Of a DNA stretch of 64,000 nt, positions 47,115 to 58,443 are shown in pieces. How positions within the stretch are numbered: the stretch's first letter is position 1; every line of letters begins with the position of its first letter. This DNA is from an uncultured Planctomycetaceae bacterium (GTDB lineage: Bacteria > Planctomycetota > Planctomycetia > Planctomycetales > Planctomycetaceae). Where the stretch lies: assembly GCA_963813715.1 (NCBI GenBank), contig CAWFAK010000016.1, positions 352,001 to 416,000 on the forward strand, in the 5' to 3' direction. Both the position numbers and the translations under genes were made by a program. A model generated the notes under the pieces. It ran no database searches. It saw nothing but the letters and a program-made list of their open reading frames with translations, and was not told where the DNA came from.

Positions 47115-49451
47115 TTACCAAACGGAGTTCGAGAGCGCGGACGTATTGTTGCCGGGGTCCGTCGCCGTCGCCGTAATGAAGCTCGCGCCGACCGGGGGGA
47201 CTAAGCGGTTGGAGGTGATCGTGGCAGTGCCGGCGGCGTTTGTCGTCACCTTCATTTTCCCGAGATAGACGCGACTCGACGGCTCGATCGTGCTGCTGGC
47301 GAAGAATTCGATCGTAAACGAGGTTTTTGGCGTGCTGTAAAGTGTGCCGAGGACTTGGACGCCCGGACCAGTGGTTTGAAGAGAAGTCAGCACCGGGGTC
47401 GCCTGATTCAGATTCGCGCCGGAGCCCAGATCGATGCCGAGACCGCCGTTGCCGAAGATCGAGTTTTCGTGAATACCGTTGCCCGTTCCCGATTCAACGA
47501 ACACGCCGTCGAGGTCGTTGTAAGCGATGCGGTTCCCGGCCGCTGCGGCGGTCCCTCCGATGGTGTTGTGGGAGCTGTTGTTCAGCAGGATGCCGTTAGC
47601 CGCGTTGCCCAGCGGAACAGTTCCGGTGCGATCGGTGCCGATCCAGGTGCCAATGACTGTGTTGTTGTTGGAACCTTGCATGTTGATGCCGGAGGTTCCA
47701 TTGGCACTGACAACAGTTGTCAGGCTGGAGCTTGTCGATCCGATCGTGTTCTTGCTCGTACCCGGGCCGAGATAGATTCCCGCCTCAGCATTTCCGAAGG
47801 CCACGAGGCCCGGCACATTGGTACCGATGAACCCGTTGTTGACCGTGATGTTGTGCGCGGCGCCGGTAATGGCGACCCCGTTGCCCCCATTCGCCGAAAT
47901 CGTGTTTTGCGGAATCACGTTGAAGGTCGGCTGGGGCCCGCCGATCACGATGTTGTGCGCGGTGCCGTCAACTTCGACGCCGTTGCCGACGTTGCCCATC
48001 GCAGCCTGGCCATTGGTATCAAGCCCGATGATGTTTCCGGTGACGTGGATCCCTTGGGCCGCGCCGCCGATCTCGATGCCGTTCTGGCCATTCTCGGTAA
48101 TCACGTTGGTGCGAATGAGAATGTCGCCGCCGGTCGAAGTCAGCAACATCCCGTCCGCGCCGTTGCCGAAGTCTGGGTCGGTGCTGAAGGCCGCCAGGCC
48201 GCAGAACGTGTTGTAAGAGGTGAAGTAGCTGGCGTGATCCTGCACAACGATTCCGTTCTGCCCGTTGGCCGCGTCGACGTTCCCGAGCGGAATGGGGCCG
48301 CCCATGGTCGTGTGGGACGAGGTCCCTTCGATGACTACGCCATTCAGCGCGTTGCCGACGGCGGTGTCATTGTTGGCCCCCATGCCGAAGAAGTTGGCTT
48401 GAATCGTGGTGTTGTTCGAGTTGATGACGCTCAGTCCGTTGCCGCCGTTGCCGCTGATGACGTTGTAGAACACGAACGGATCGGTCTGAATCGTGCAGCC
48501 GAGCAGCGAGTTGTTGCTGGCCTCTTGGATGGAGACGCCATCGCCCCCGTTGCCGAGAGCCACGTTGCCAGAGACGTCTGTCCCGATAAAGTTGCCGCTG
48601 AGCTGGTTCTCCGAAGCGCGATTGTTGATCAGGACGCCATCGTCGCCGTTGCCCGAGATGAGGTTGCCCTCGGGCGGCACATCGAAGACGCCTTGGGTCG
48701 GGTCATTGCCGCCGGTCTCCTCGCCACCGACCAGGTTTTGCTTGCTGTTCCCCGTGATCAAGACGCCGTTGAAGCCATTGCCAAGGGCCGCCGTCCCGGT
48801 CGCGTTAGTCCCAATGTAGTTATTCATGATGATGTTGCTCGACGACCCGTTGACCAGGATGCCCTGTTGAAGGTTGGCCGAAACGATGTTGCGGTCCTGG
48901 GCCGAGGTGCCGCCGATGGTATTGCCCGATGAGTTGATCAACTCAATTCCACTCCCTTGGTTGGCGGCAGCCGTCGCGCCGTCGGTCCCGACTCCGACAA
49001 AGTTGCCGACGATCAACATTTGATGGACGGCGTTGAGGGTCACACCATTGCCCGAGGCATCGACGAGTGCCAGCGATTGGAGCTCCGAGCCGCTCGCTTT
49101 CGCCGTAAAGTTCAGGCCGGCCAAGTTGTTGAAGTTGACTTCGACCACGGGCGCACCGGCAAAGCCGGGGGCCGATGTGCCGTCGATATTCACGGTATCG
49201 GTCACATTGGGGAGGGCGCTATTGAGCACGATTGTGCCGGCCACGGTGAAGTTGATGGTGTCGGCTCCATGTTGGGCGTTCGCATTCAAAATTGCCTGGC
49301 GCAGGGAGCCGCTGCCAGAATCGTTGAGATTCGAGACCGTAATCGCGCTCAACAAGATTCGATCTTCGAGCGTCTCCAACGCAGACGAGGGCCGAGCGAC
49401 GTTCCTGAACGTCTTCCGAACCCGAGGACGGCCTGCGCGCATGGGGAACAT
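47115..49451 (-). CDS. Planctomycete extracellular protein with LE-x-LE-x-R-x-LL motif and parallel beta-helix repeats
   Basis: LETLEDRILLS, DSGSGSLRQAI, repeated GN.IGT...G..ALGN..GV.I and N.ISGN units, FITATATD..NNTS tail. Confidence 0.85.
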   Translation of the reverse strand: MFPMRAGRPRVRKTFRNVARPSSALETLEDRILLSAITVSNLNDSGSGSLRQAILNANAQHGADTINFTVAGTIVLNSALPNVTDTVNIDGTSAPGFAGAPVVEVNFNNLAGLNFTAKASGSELQSLALVDASGNGVTLNAVHQMLIVGNFVGVGTDGATAAANQGSGIELINSSGNTIGGTSAQDRNIVSANLQQGILVNGSSSNIIMNNYIGTNATGTAALGNGFNGVLITGNSKQNLVGGEETGGNDPTQGVFDVPPEGNLISGNGDDGVLINNRASENQLSGNFIGTDVSGNVALGNGGDGVSIQEASNNSLLGCTIQTDPFVFYNVISGNGGNGLSVINSNNTTIQANFFGMGANNDTAVGNALNGVVIEGTSSHTTMGGPIPLGNVDAANGQNGIVVQDHASYFTSYNTFCGLAAFSTDPDFGNGADGMLLTSTGGDILIRTNVITENGQNGIEIGGAAQGIHVTGNIIGLDTNGQAAMGNVGNGVEVDGTAHNIVIGGPQPTFNVIPQNTISANGGNGVAITGAAHNITVNNGFIGTNVPGLVAFGNAEAGIYLGPGTSKNTIGSTSSSLTTVVSANGTSGINMQGSNNNTVIGTWIGTDRTGTVPLGNAANGILLNNSSHNTIGGTAAAAGNRIAYNDLDGVFVESGTGNGIHENSIFGNGGLGIDLGSGANLNQATPVLTSLQTTGPGVQVLGTLYSTPKTSFTIEFFASSTIEPSSRVYLGKMKVTTNAAGTATITSNRLVPPVGASFITATATDPGNNTSALSNSVW

Positions 49452-49768
49452 AAGGTGACTTTCCGGGAGGAGTCCGTTGTTAGCTGCGTAGTGAAGCGAA
49501 CGAAGGTGCCGTTCAGCAAAGCTGCGCCGCCGCGATTTCGCCAAGCGCGAACTTGCCTCGAGAACACAGGTCAGTTGTCGGCGGAATTGGGCAAGAAAAC
49601 TCGCAAGTGCTGCGGCCGCACCAACTGCAGATGGTATTTGTCGCGGGAGATGAGGCTCATGCCGACGGAAAGGATGAGAGGACGACGTCAGCCCGTCATT
49701 AAGCAGCAGCGCTGATTCGAGACCTGTGCGCCAAGGTGTCGCTCGCCAATCCTGCCTAGGACAACTGG

Positions 49769-50749
49769 TCAGTCGGACAGCAAGAATTTCACCAGCCGGG
49801 CTGATTCGTAGAGCTCCGGCCCGTCGTGGCCGCGCTTCGCAGCCGGCAGGTGTAGCAACACGATCTCCGCGGCCCCTCCAAAGTCGCGGTAGCGACGGGC
49901 CAATTCGAGGGAGTTGGCACTCGTCGGCACCAATTTGTCCTCGTCCCCGTGGAGGTGGAGGATCTTCACAGCGGCCTTGGCGAGCGGAGCGAGGTTGTCG
50001 ATGGGATTGAATTCGCCCGCCCGGCGATTGAGTTCTTCGAGCGTGAGACCGTAGTCGAGGCCTTTCGTTGGGCCGGCGATGACGTTTCCGAGGCCGGGGT
50101 AGGTGCGGAAGTCGGTGGCCGGGCACATGCCGGCGATCCGGTCGACGCACGTCGGATGACGAAAGGCCCAGCCGTAGGCGATCAGGCCGCCGTGGCTGTG
50201 GCACAGCACGCGCGCTCGCTTGTTGAGGCCGTAGCGCGAGATCATGAGTTCGTAGAATTCCTGGCAAAGATCGGCCGCTGACGGGCTGCCGCACGAGGCG
50301 CCGACGTCGACGCCGGCCACATGGAATCCGGCGGCAAGCGATTTCTCGACATAGTGCCGATGGGCCACGTTGCCGAATCCGTCGTTGATGCCGAGCCAGA
50401 AGGGAAACTCAAAGACCCAACGCTTCTGAGCGTCGACGGGGCCCGTCGGCTTGATGAGATAGGCGATCCGGCCATGCACCTGCAGGGGGAGCAGCCGGCC
50501 GTGGCGATACGTGCCGGCGATCTTCGTCGGAATTTTTTGGATGGTGCGCGGGCCGGCGGACTTTGCGACAGGCGAATCGGGTTGCGGTTGATCCGCAGCC
50601 GCTCGAGCTGCCAAGTAGCAGCGCGCGTGCAGACGAAGCAGCCGAGGGAGCGCGCCGGCACGCTCGCGGTTGTCCGCGCTGATCTTCGCGTCGTCGATTT
50701 CCGCCGATGTGCAGCAACCACGGCTCCAGCATATCTGCGATGACCTCAA
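49769..50749 (-). CDS. Alpha/beta-hydrolase (S9-like); start uncertain
   Basis: HSHGG nucleophile elbow, HGDEDKLVP, GHD. Confidence 0.75.
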   Translation of the reverse strand: MRSSQICWSRGCCTSAEIDDAKISADNRERAGALPRLLRLHARCYLAARAAADQPQPDSPVAKSAGPRTIQKIPTKIAGTYRHGRLLPLQVHGRIAYLIKPTGPVDAQKRWVFEFPFWLGINDGFGNVAHRHYVEKSLAAGFHVAGVDVGASCGSPSAADLCQEFYELMISRYGLNKRARVLCHSHGGLIAYGWAFRHPTCVDRIAGMCPATDFRTYPGLGNVIAGPTKGLDYGLTLEELNRRAGEFNPIDNLAPLAKAAVKILHLHGDEDKLVPTSANSLELARRYRDFGGAAEIVLLHLPAAKRGHDGPELYESARLVKFLLSD

Positions 50750-50868
50750 CGGAGGAGGAGCCCCCGGCCACCGGTCGAGGCGAGGTCTTTGGGCGCCTTT
50801 TGCAAAACCGCGGTTGCCCGCTCGATCACTTGCGACACAATTGTCCCGTGCCTGGGGCTGGAGTTCTC

Positions 50869-52144
50869 TTACAAGGTCCCCAGCGCGGCTTGAATCGCCT
50901 GCAGGACCTGTTCGTCGGTCGGGTAGGGCGTCGGCAGGACGGCGCGGAGCGGGATGGGAATTTCGTCCATGCGATACGCGGTGCCGGCGTGGTGGATGCC
51001 GTAGATGGCGGTGGTGAACTGCACCGTCGGGCGGAAGTCGGGCTCGGCCTGGGGTGGGTCGAGCACGATTGTGGGAATGTGGCGTAGGGCGTCCTTGGCG
51101 GTGGGGCTCATCCAGCGGGTGCCCTGGCTGCCGACGAAGAGGCAGACGTCGGGTTCGCCCTGTTCGAGCATGTCGTTGGCCGAGAATTCGCCGGGGCCGT
51201 AGCGCGGGTAACCGCGCGACAGGTTCACGCTGAAGGGGTAACCGGTTTGCCAGGCGAGCACGCTGTCGGCGCCGGCCACGTCGCCGGAGCCCCGCAGCCG
51301 CCGCGCGTAAAAGCGGGTGACGTCATTGAGATCGGTGACGAGTTGCAGCAAGGCCTGGATGACGAGATTGGCCCCCGGCTGCCGGGCCAGGCCGAAGCCG
51401 AAAAAGACGACGCCGTTGTGACAGCCACGCATCCGCTGGCACAGATCCTCGACCGCGGCACGAGGCAGGCCGCCAAAGGTGTCTCCTTCGAGGGGTTGGC
51501 CGCGAAGGAGAGCGCGGAGGGCCCAAATCAATTCGAAGTCTTCGATGACGATCGACGCGGAGCACGAGGTCAGCCGACGGGCTGGTCGCGGTGTCGTCCG
51601 CGTTGACGACGATCAGTGTGCGGTCTCGCCGGCCTCCGGGCACGAACCGGCCGGCACATTCGGCCGAGTAACGTTCCAAGTGACGCGGGTGAGTGGTGAG
51701 CGGGTCGCAGCCCCAGAAGATCACGAGATCGCAGCGATTTTTGACTTCGCCCAGCGAACAGGTCGACTCCCCGACTTGCTGCACGGCGAGGATCGAGGGG
51801 CCGTGGCCTCCGGAAGCGGTGGTGTCGATCGTCGCGCCGAGCGTCTCGGCCAGTTTCACCGCGGCCCGCTGTCCGGCGGTGCTGCTCCGCGAGAGGCCGA
51901 AGATCAACGGATACCGCGCGGCCGCCAGCAACTTGGTCGCGTGGGCGACCGCCGCCACAAGCGGGACGGCGTTGCCGTCGACGCGGGCGATGGGCGGTTG
52001 CTGCGAGTTCTGGCCGAGCAGCCAGGGCTCGGCCATCGCGCAGGCCCGCTCCGCGCGGACGATGCGATCGCCATGCACTGTCAGTCGCAGATCATCGCAC
52101 AGGCAGCTGCAGAGCGTGCAGGCGAAGTCTTCGATGATCTGCAT
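50869..52144 (-). CDS. fhcB: Formylmethanofuran dehydrogenase/formyltransferase-hydrolase subunit B homologue; frameshift near 51540
   Basis: CTLCSCLCDD, HGPS, TCSLGEVKNRCDLVIFWG, HPRH, WQTGYPF.V and GTAYRMD.IP motifs. Confidence 0.88.
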
Positions 52145-52167
52145 GGCCTCACGAAATCAGCGGCCAG

Positions 52168-52207
52168 CCCCCACACCCCCGACCCCTCTCCCGCGAAGGG
52201 AGAGGGG
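52168..52207 (+). repeat. REP hairpin between aldehyde dehydrogenase and fhcB
   Basis: CCCCTCTCCC-GCGAA-GGGAGAGGGG perfect 10-bp stem. Confidence 0.8.
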
Positions 52208-52243
52208 AGCAGGGCGGAGAGTTCGCTGCGATCAAACCGCAAT

Positions 52244-53724
52244 TTAGCCGAGCTTGACCGTGACGGTCTTCAGCTCGGTGTAGTGGTCGATGGCCGCTTC
52301 GCCGTTCTCGCGACCCTGGCCCGACTGTTTGAAACCGCCGAACGGCGTCGTGGTGTCGACGACGTGGTAGCAGTTCACCCAGACCGTGCCGGCTTTGACT
52401 TCGCGAGCGTAGAGATGGGCCTTGTCGATGTCCTTTGTCCAGACCGCGGCGGCCAGGCCGTAGTTGGTGTCGTTGCGCGCTTGATGATTTCGTCCACGCC
52501 TTTGAACGGCAGGACGCTGACGACCGGCCCGAAGATCTCTTCGCGGGCGATTGCCATGTCGTCGCGGACGTCGTCGAAGATCGTCGGTTCGACGTAGAAG
52601 CCGCGGCCGCCGGATCGCTTGCCGCCCGCGACCAGCTTGGCACCCTGCTTCTGCCCGAGATCGACGTAATGCAGGATCTTGTCCATCTGCTCCTGCGAGA
52701 CCTGTGGGCCCTGCTCGGTGGCGTTATCGAGCGGGTCGCCGATCTTGCGGCCCTTCGTGGCCTTGGACAGACGCTCCACGAATTCGCCGCGAATCTTGTC
52801 CTCGACAAAGAGACGGCTGCCGGCCGTGCAGCACTGGCCGCCGTGGAAGTAGATGGCGTGAAACGCGCCAGCCACAGCCTGATCGAGATCGGCGTCGGCG
52901 AAGACCACGTTCGGGCTCTTGCCGCCCAACTCGAAGGTGATTCGCTTGAGCGTGTCGGCCGCGGCCTTGGAGATGATCTTGGCCGTGTCGACGTGGCCGG
53001 TGAAGGCGATCTTATCGATGCCCGGGTGGACAACCATCGCCTGGCCGGTCGTTTCGCCCATCCCGTTGAGGACGTTGATCACGCCTTTGGGGAAGCCGGC
53101 TTCGAGGGCCAGTTCGGCCATCTTCATGCCGGTGAGCGGCGTCTGCTCGGCGAGCTTCATCACGATACAGTTGCCGCAAGCCAGAGCCGGACCCCACTTC
53201 CACGCCAGCATGAGGAGCGGGAAGTTCCAGGGAATGATTTGGCCGACGACGCCGACGGGCTGCCGGAGCGTGTACGACAGGAAGTTGCCGCGGACGGGAA
53301 CCGTGCGGCCTTCGATCTTGTCGGCCCAGCCGGCGTAATACCGCAGCGTGTTGAGGACGCCCTGCACGTCGCCCCGGGCGTCGTTCACCGTCTTGCCGCT
53401 GTTGAACGATTCGAGGATGGCCAGCTCTTCGGCGTTTTCCTCGACCAGGTCGGCAAGGCGGAACATCAGCTTGCCGCGGTCGGCCGCGTCCATCGTCTTC
53501 CAGGGGCTCGTTTCCAGCGCCCGCCGGGCCGCCTTCACCGCGAGATCGACGTCCTGGGCACTGGCTTCGGCGACGTGACAAATCGTTTCGCCCGTGGCCG
53601 GATTGATCGTGGCGAACGTCTTTTGATTGCTGCTATCGACGAAATGGCCGTCGATGAAAAGCGGCTGGTCTTTCACGATCGGCGCTTTGACGGCGCGGGG
53701 TTTTTCCATGGTCGGCGCGGACAT
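52244..53724 (-). CDS. NAD-dependent aldehyde dehydrogenase; frameshift near 52475
   Basis: PWNFP, FTG, ELGGKS, GQCC, EEIFGPV and PFGGFKQSG motifs. Confidence 0.93.
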
Positions 53725-53831
53725 GGCAGTCTCCTGGCTTAAGGCCTCGATTGCAGGCAGGACAGTAACCGGTGCAAGCACGGTCTGACCAATTAAACCA
53801 AGCCGCCGTCGCGACAGCCACCCACCGCCGA

Positions 53832-55617
53832 TCAGATGGCTTGAAGGCCAGCCCGGATCTGGTCGACGACTGTATCCCAGTCCCCCCAAACTGGTTGGCG
53901 GAAGAGACGCATCGTCGGATACCAGGAGCAGTCGGACCGGTCCAGATGCCAACGCCAATCGGGCGTGTGGCAGAGCATCGTCCAGACGGGACGCCCCAAC
54001 GCCCCGGCCAGATGGGCAATTGCGGTGTCGACGGTGATCAGCAGATCGAGCTGACCCAGGACGGCTGCCGTGTCGGCAAAGTCTGGCAGCCTGCCGCCGA
54101 CGTCCACCACGGAGCCCGCCGGAAAGGCCGCCGTCAGCTGTGCGCCGGACGTCGCACCGTATTGCAGGCTGAAGAAGCGGATTCCGGGAAGCTCGATCAG
54201 GGGACGCAGCTTCTCCGGCGGACAGGAGCGCACGACGTCGCGAGTCTGCCGGGGATTTCCCTGCCAGACCAGCCCGACCCGTCGCGCGGCATCGCGTTCG
54301 CCGATCAGCCGGGCAAGCGGCGGCGACAACTCGGGCGCATGCAAGTAAGGAACCGACTGGCCGACGTCGGCGATCGTCGCGCCGAGCAACCCAGGCAGAG
54401 ACGCCAACGGCACATGCCAATCGAACTGGGGAAGATGCGTCTTCGTTGGTGCAGACGTCGGCCCCGAGACAGTTCTCTTCCTCGCACTCTTCCAACAGCC
54501 GGCGGAGAGCGGGCTGACAGCATACGATCACGCGCGCCTGCGACTTTTGGCGGCAATGCGGCAGAAAGCGTGCGAATTGAATCGTGTCGCCCAATCCCTG
54601 GTCGGCGTAAACCAGCAGCCGTTGGCCGGGGATCGGTCGGCCGTCCCATTCGGTCGTCGCGGGTCCCGGGGCGCTCGTTCCCGCGATCCGGGCATGCTGT
54701 CGATAACCGACCCATCCTTCGGCGTAGCGGCCGGCCAGCAGCAGCGTCGTCCCCAGGTTGAACTCCGCCAGCGCGAACTTCGGGTCCAGCTCGAGAGCCC
54801 GGCGAAACGCCGTGCAGGCGTCGTCCAATCGATGCAGCGATCGCAGGACGACGCCCAGGTTGTTGAAGCCCTCCGCATAGTCGGGCTTCAGCGCGACGGC
54901 TCGCTCGGCCTCCGTGAGCCCTTCGTCCAAGCGTCCCTGGCGTTCGAACACGAATGCGAGGCTACAGGCGGCTTCGGCGAATTCGGGTCGCTCGGCGAGT
55001 GCTGTGCGATAGACGTCGGCCGCTTCGTCGAGTCGCTCCTGTCGCACCAGTGCGGCGGCCAGAGCCATCATCACGTCGAGACAGTCAGGCTGCTGCCGGA
55101 GCGCGTCCTGCAGCACCGCGATCGCTTCGGCGTCTTTGTTGTGCCGCTGGAGCACGCGAGCCAGCTGCAGGTGGTAGGCCGATTCCGCGGGCTTGATCCG
55201 CAGGGCGCGGCGCAAGGAGATTTCCGCTTCGGCGAAGCGACCGGCCGACTCCAACAAGCGGGCCAGATTGGCGTGGGCCAGGTCGAAGTCGGGATTCAGG
55301 TCAATTGCCGAGCGATAGGCTCGGACGGCCGCGTCGACCGCGCCAAGCACCTGATAGGCCACCGCCAGATTGTTCTGGATGTCGGGGATGTCGGGGCGGA
55401 GCCGGGCCGCGCGGGTGAAGACGTCAATCGCCTCGCGCAAGCGACCGAGCTGCAGCAAGGCGGTCCCGTAAAGATAGAGAGCGTCCCACTGATCGGGGTC
55501 GGCCGCCAACACCTGCTGATAGCGAGCGACTGCCGCACTCAGATCGACGGTGCGGTCGCGAGCGATGGTGGACAAGGACCCGGGTCCTTCCGGAAGGTCG
55601 CAAGAAAGTGCCGCCAA
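53832..55617 (-). CDS. TPR-repeat protein with C-terminal GT9-like glycosyltransferase domain; frameshift near 54430
   Basis: Multiple TPRs; QGLGDTIQF.RF, VGLVWQGNP, ITVDTAIAHLAGALG, DWRW and WYPTMRLFRQ. Confidence 0.85.
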
Positions 55618-55822
55618 GCACAGACGAGCATTCTAAGTCGGCTCGGGACGGCTTCACAACGGCGGCAGCACGATGTTCGCAGCGGCGAGGTCTGCGGTAT
55701 GATGAAACGCCGTGCGGGTCCGATCGAACGTGTCCGCGGCGATCCTCAAACGCGACTGCTCTGGTCGAAACGACAGAGTCTCGAGCGGGAGGACCGCTGC
55801 TTAGCTTCCAAAGTGTGCCAGG

Positions 55823-56201
55823 ATGAGCGAGACCCAAAGCTATCCGTACGAAACGCACCTGGATCTTCGCTACGCGCAGGGCGAAGTGGTCGACGTGAAA
55901 GCTGCTCGTCGAAGCCTGCCAACATCCCTGGTACAACCAAACTCTCTGCCAGGTGAACGATTCGGTTGTGCGGCTCGGCGTCGTGAAGGGCGAGTATCAT
56001 TGGCACAAGCACGATGACGACGACGAATTCTTCTACGTGGTCGACGGCAAACTGCTGATCGACCTCGAAGACCGAACGGTGGAGCTGACCCCCGGAAAGG
56101 GATACGTCGTCTCGAAGGGCGTTGTGCACCGCACGCGGGCGCCGGAAAAGACCGTGATGCTGATGGTCGAGAACGCCGGCATTATCCCCACTGGGAACTG
56201 A
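55823..56201 (+). CDS. Cupin domain protein; frameshift near 55900
   Basis: GEYHWHKH..DEFF.V..G and V.KGVVH motifs. Confidence 0.85.
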
Positions 56202-56217
56202 CGCCGCGAGTTCCGAA

Positions 56218-58443
56218 CTACATGCGGAAGTGGAACGTGCGGCGGAAGTAGCGCCAGATCCAGCCGACCGCTGACCGCCGCTCGACGGTGAGGCGAGCGC
56301 GGCCCCGCATGCCGCTGCGAAGCAGGTCGGCGTCGTCGTCGAGCCGCACGGTGCCTTGGTAAGCGCTGTTGGTCAGCCGCTCGTGCCCTTTTTGATCGGC
56401 GGTGGTGGCCAGCTCACCGCCTGCTTTGCTGGAGAGCACCTCGGGCGCGATTTCCGACTCGCGGTCGGAAATGTGATCAATCTTGCCGGTGTAAGTGCGG
56501 TCGGCAATGTGTTCGAGTTGAATCTGCACGGTCTGCCCCAAGCGGAGGTCTTTGCGGTCGGCCTGGTCGATATACAAAACCGCGTTGAATTCTTTGTGGG
56601 GGGCGATCGAGAGGACGTGCGTCCGTTCGGTCAGTTGGCAGCCGAGGTTCTCCGGATCGAGCGGATTGCCGTACCAGCGGCTCAGCTGCCGGCTCTGTTC
56701 GGGCAAGGTCGGCTCCGGCACGCGCGGGGCCGACACAACGTAACCGTCACACGGTGCCCGCAACTCCAGCTGCGCCAGTTGGCGATCGTAATCGGCCAGC
56801 TGCGTTTCGATGCCGGCAAGGACCGTCCTGGCGATCCGCTCTTGCGGAGAGTCGGCCAGCGCTCGCTCCAAATTGACTTCTTGCTGCTGAGCGTCGCGCT
56901 GCATTGCCAGGTTGCGGCGCTTCTGCTCGGTCTCTTGATTAACCAGCTTGACCAACAGATCGCCCTTGGCGACGCGGTCGCCCGGATGCACGTGGACTTC
57001 GGCCACCCGACCCGGGGTGATCGCGTACACGTGAGCCACATCGAGCGGCTCGACCATGAAGACCATTTCTTCATGCAGCGGCAACGGCACAAGGAGGGCC
57101 GCGGCCAACAACAAGACGACCGCAGAAATGGTGATTGTCAGCTTGCGCATGTCCAGGGGATCACTCCGAGGGGCGCTCACGATGCGATAGACCGAATAAA
57201 ACACATTGCCGACGACTGCCGCCAGCGAACACACTGCCAAAAAGATCCCGATGCTCTGCAGTCCGTACGGCTTGAGCCAGCGATACAAGAAGAGCGTGAT
57301 CCCGAATACGATCACCCAGCGATAGATGGCCGCCGCGATGGCAAAAATCACGAACCAGACGCGGCCCGTTTCCGGCATAAAGGGGTCGGGACGTGTCTCG
57401 ATCCCCAGGCAATACCAGGAGAACTTCTCGCTGAGCATTTTGTCCGCCTTGGGGCGGAGGTTGGGCACCTCGAGATAGTCGGCCAGCATGAAATAGCCGT
57501 CGTAGCGCATCAGCGGGTTGGCGTTGAAGATCACCGTCGACACGGTCGACACAAAAAAGACGTTCAGACAGAGGTAGTGCAGGAGGCCGGGGTTCGTGTT
57601 CCACCAGACGAAAATTGCGACCGCCGAGAGCACCGTCTCGACGTACATGCCGGCCAGACCGATATAGATGCGGTGCCACTTGTTCCGCATCATCCAGGCG
57701 TCGGAAACGTCGCAATACAAGGTGGGGCTGAAGACCAGCAGCATGATGCCCATCTGGTGGCATTCGCCGCCGAAGTGCTTGCAAGTGAGTCCGTGGCCGA
57801 ACTCGTGCAGAATCTTAGTCACGGCCACGGTGATCCACAGATAGATCATGTTCTTCATCGTGAAGAACTGCTGGAACTCGGGCAGGCGGCGGCGGAACTC
57901 GCTGAACTCCGTGCCGACCAGGAGCAGCGACGAAGCCACGAGCGTCACGCACAGCGCGACGGCCCAAGGCGAATAAATCCAATACAGCCGCGGATGCAGC
58001 CATTTCAACATCCGCTCCGGATCCCAGCCCGGCAGGCGGATGTAAAGCAGGTTGCGGCAGAAGCCCCAGAACTTCTCCATCCGCTGGGCGCGGCGGTGCT
58101 TGATCAGGGCGGCTCCCTGACCGAACCGCATGCTTTGCAGCAGGCCCTTGTCGTGCAGGTCGGTGATCAGCTGCTGCACGTCGTTGAGCGTGACGGTCAA
58201 CGTGGGAAACTGGCGGAGCAGCTCGTTGCGGATTTCGTCGAGATTGCGGGACCCGTCGAGCAGGCAGAGCACCCCGAACTGCTCGGCGTGCAGCCGGTGA
58301 TACTTGAGTCCCACGGGATCCTTGATGACGTAGGACCCGATTCCCTGGTACTCGATGCGGCGCACGCCCAGGTCGGGGCGGCGACGCAGCGGGATCGGCC
58401 GCCGATTCGACGGCAGCATCGTCCCCCCGAGAGTGATGCTCAT
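56218..58443 (-). CDS. Site-2-protease (M50) domain fused to a HlyD-like membrane-fusion domain, with PqqD-like N-terminus
   Basis: YVIKDPVGLKY, HEFGH, NANPLMRYDGY, VHPGDRV.KGD.L, APCDG and LRSGMRG motifs. Confidence 0.85.
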   Translation of the reverse strand: MSITLGGTMLPSNRRPIPLRRRPDLGVRRIEYQGIGSYVIKDPVGLKYHRLHAEQFGVLCLLDGSRNLDEIRNELLRQFPTLTVTLNDVQQLITDLHDKGLLQSMRFGQGAALIKHRRAQRMEKFWGFCRNLLYIRLPGWDPERMLKWLHPRLYWIYSPWAVALCVTLVASSLLLVGTEFSEFRRRLPEFQQFFTMKNMIYLWITVAVTKILHEFGHGLTCKHFGGECHQMGIMLLVFSPTLYCDVSDAWMMRNKWHRIYIGLAGMYVETVLSAVAIFVWWNTNPGLLHYLCLNVFFVSTVSTVIFNANPLMRYDGYFMLADYLEVPNLRPKADKMLSEKFSWYCLGIETRPDPFMPETGRVWFVIFAIAAAIYRWVIVFGITLFLYRWLKPYGLQSIGIFLAVCSLAAVVGNVFYSVYRIVSAPRSDPLDMRKLTITISAVVLLLAAALLVPLPLHEEMVFMVEPLDVAHVYAITPGRVAEVHVHPGDRVAKGDLLVKLVNQETEQKRRNLAMQRDAQQQEVNLERALADSPQERIARTVLAGIETQLADYDRQLAQLELRAPCDGYVVSAPRVPEPTLPEQSRQLSRWYGNPLDPENLGCQLTERTHVLSIAPHKEFNAVLYIDQADRKDLRLGQTVQIQLEHIADRTYTGKIDHISDRESEIAPEVLSSKAGGELATTADQKGHERLTNSAYQGTVRLDDDADLLRSGMRGRARLTVERRSAVGWIWRYFRRTFHFRM

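Noticed and set aside
49452..50294. N-terminal extension of the 1059-aa ORF
   Set aside because: Overlaps the hydrolase gene in another frame; the credible protein starts near 49451, before the LETLEDRILLS motif.
52375..55617. 1080-aa TPR-aldehyde dehydrogenase fusion in the ORF track
   Set aside because: Artefact of a frameshift near 54430; the GT domain ends at 53832 in another frame and the ALDH has its own RBS and ATG at 53724.
56218..58443. RiPP biosynthetic cluster based on the PqqD-like domain and protease
   Set aside because: No precursor peptide or modifying enzyme recognised nearby.
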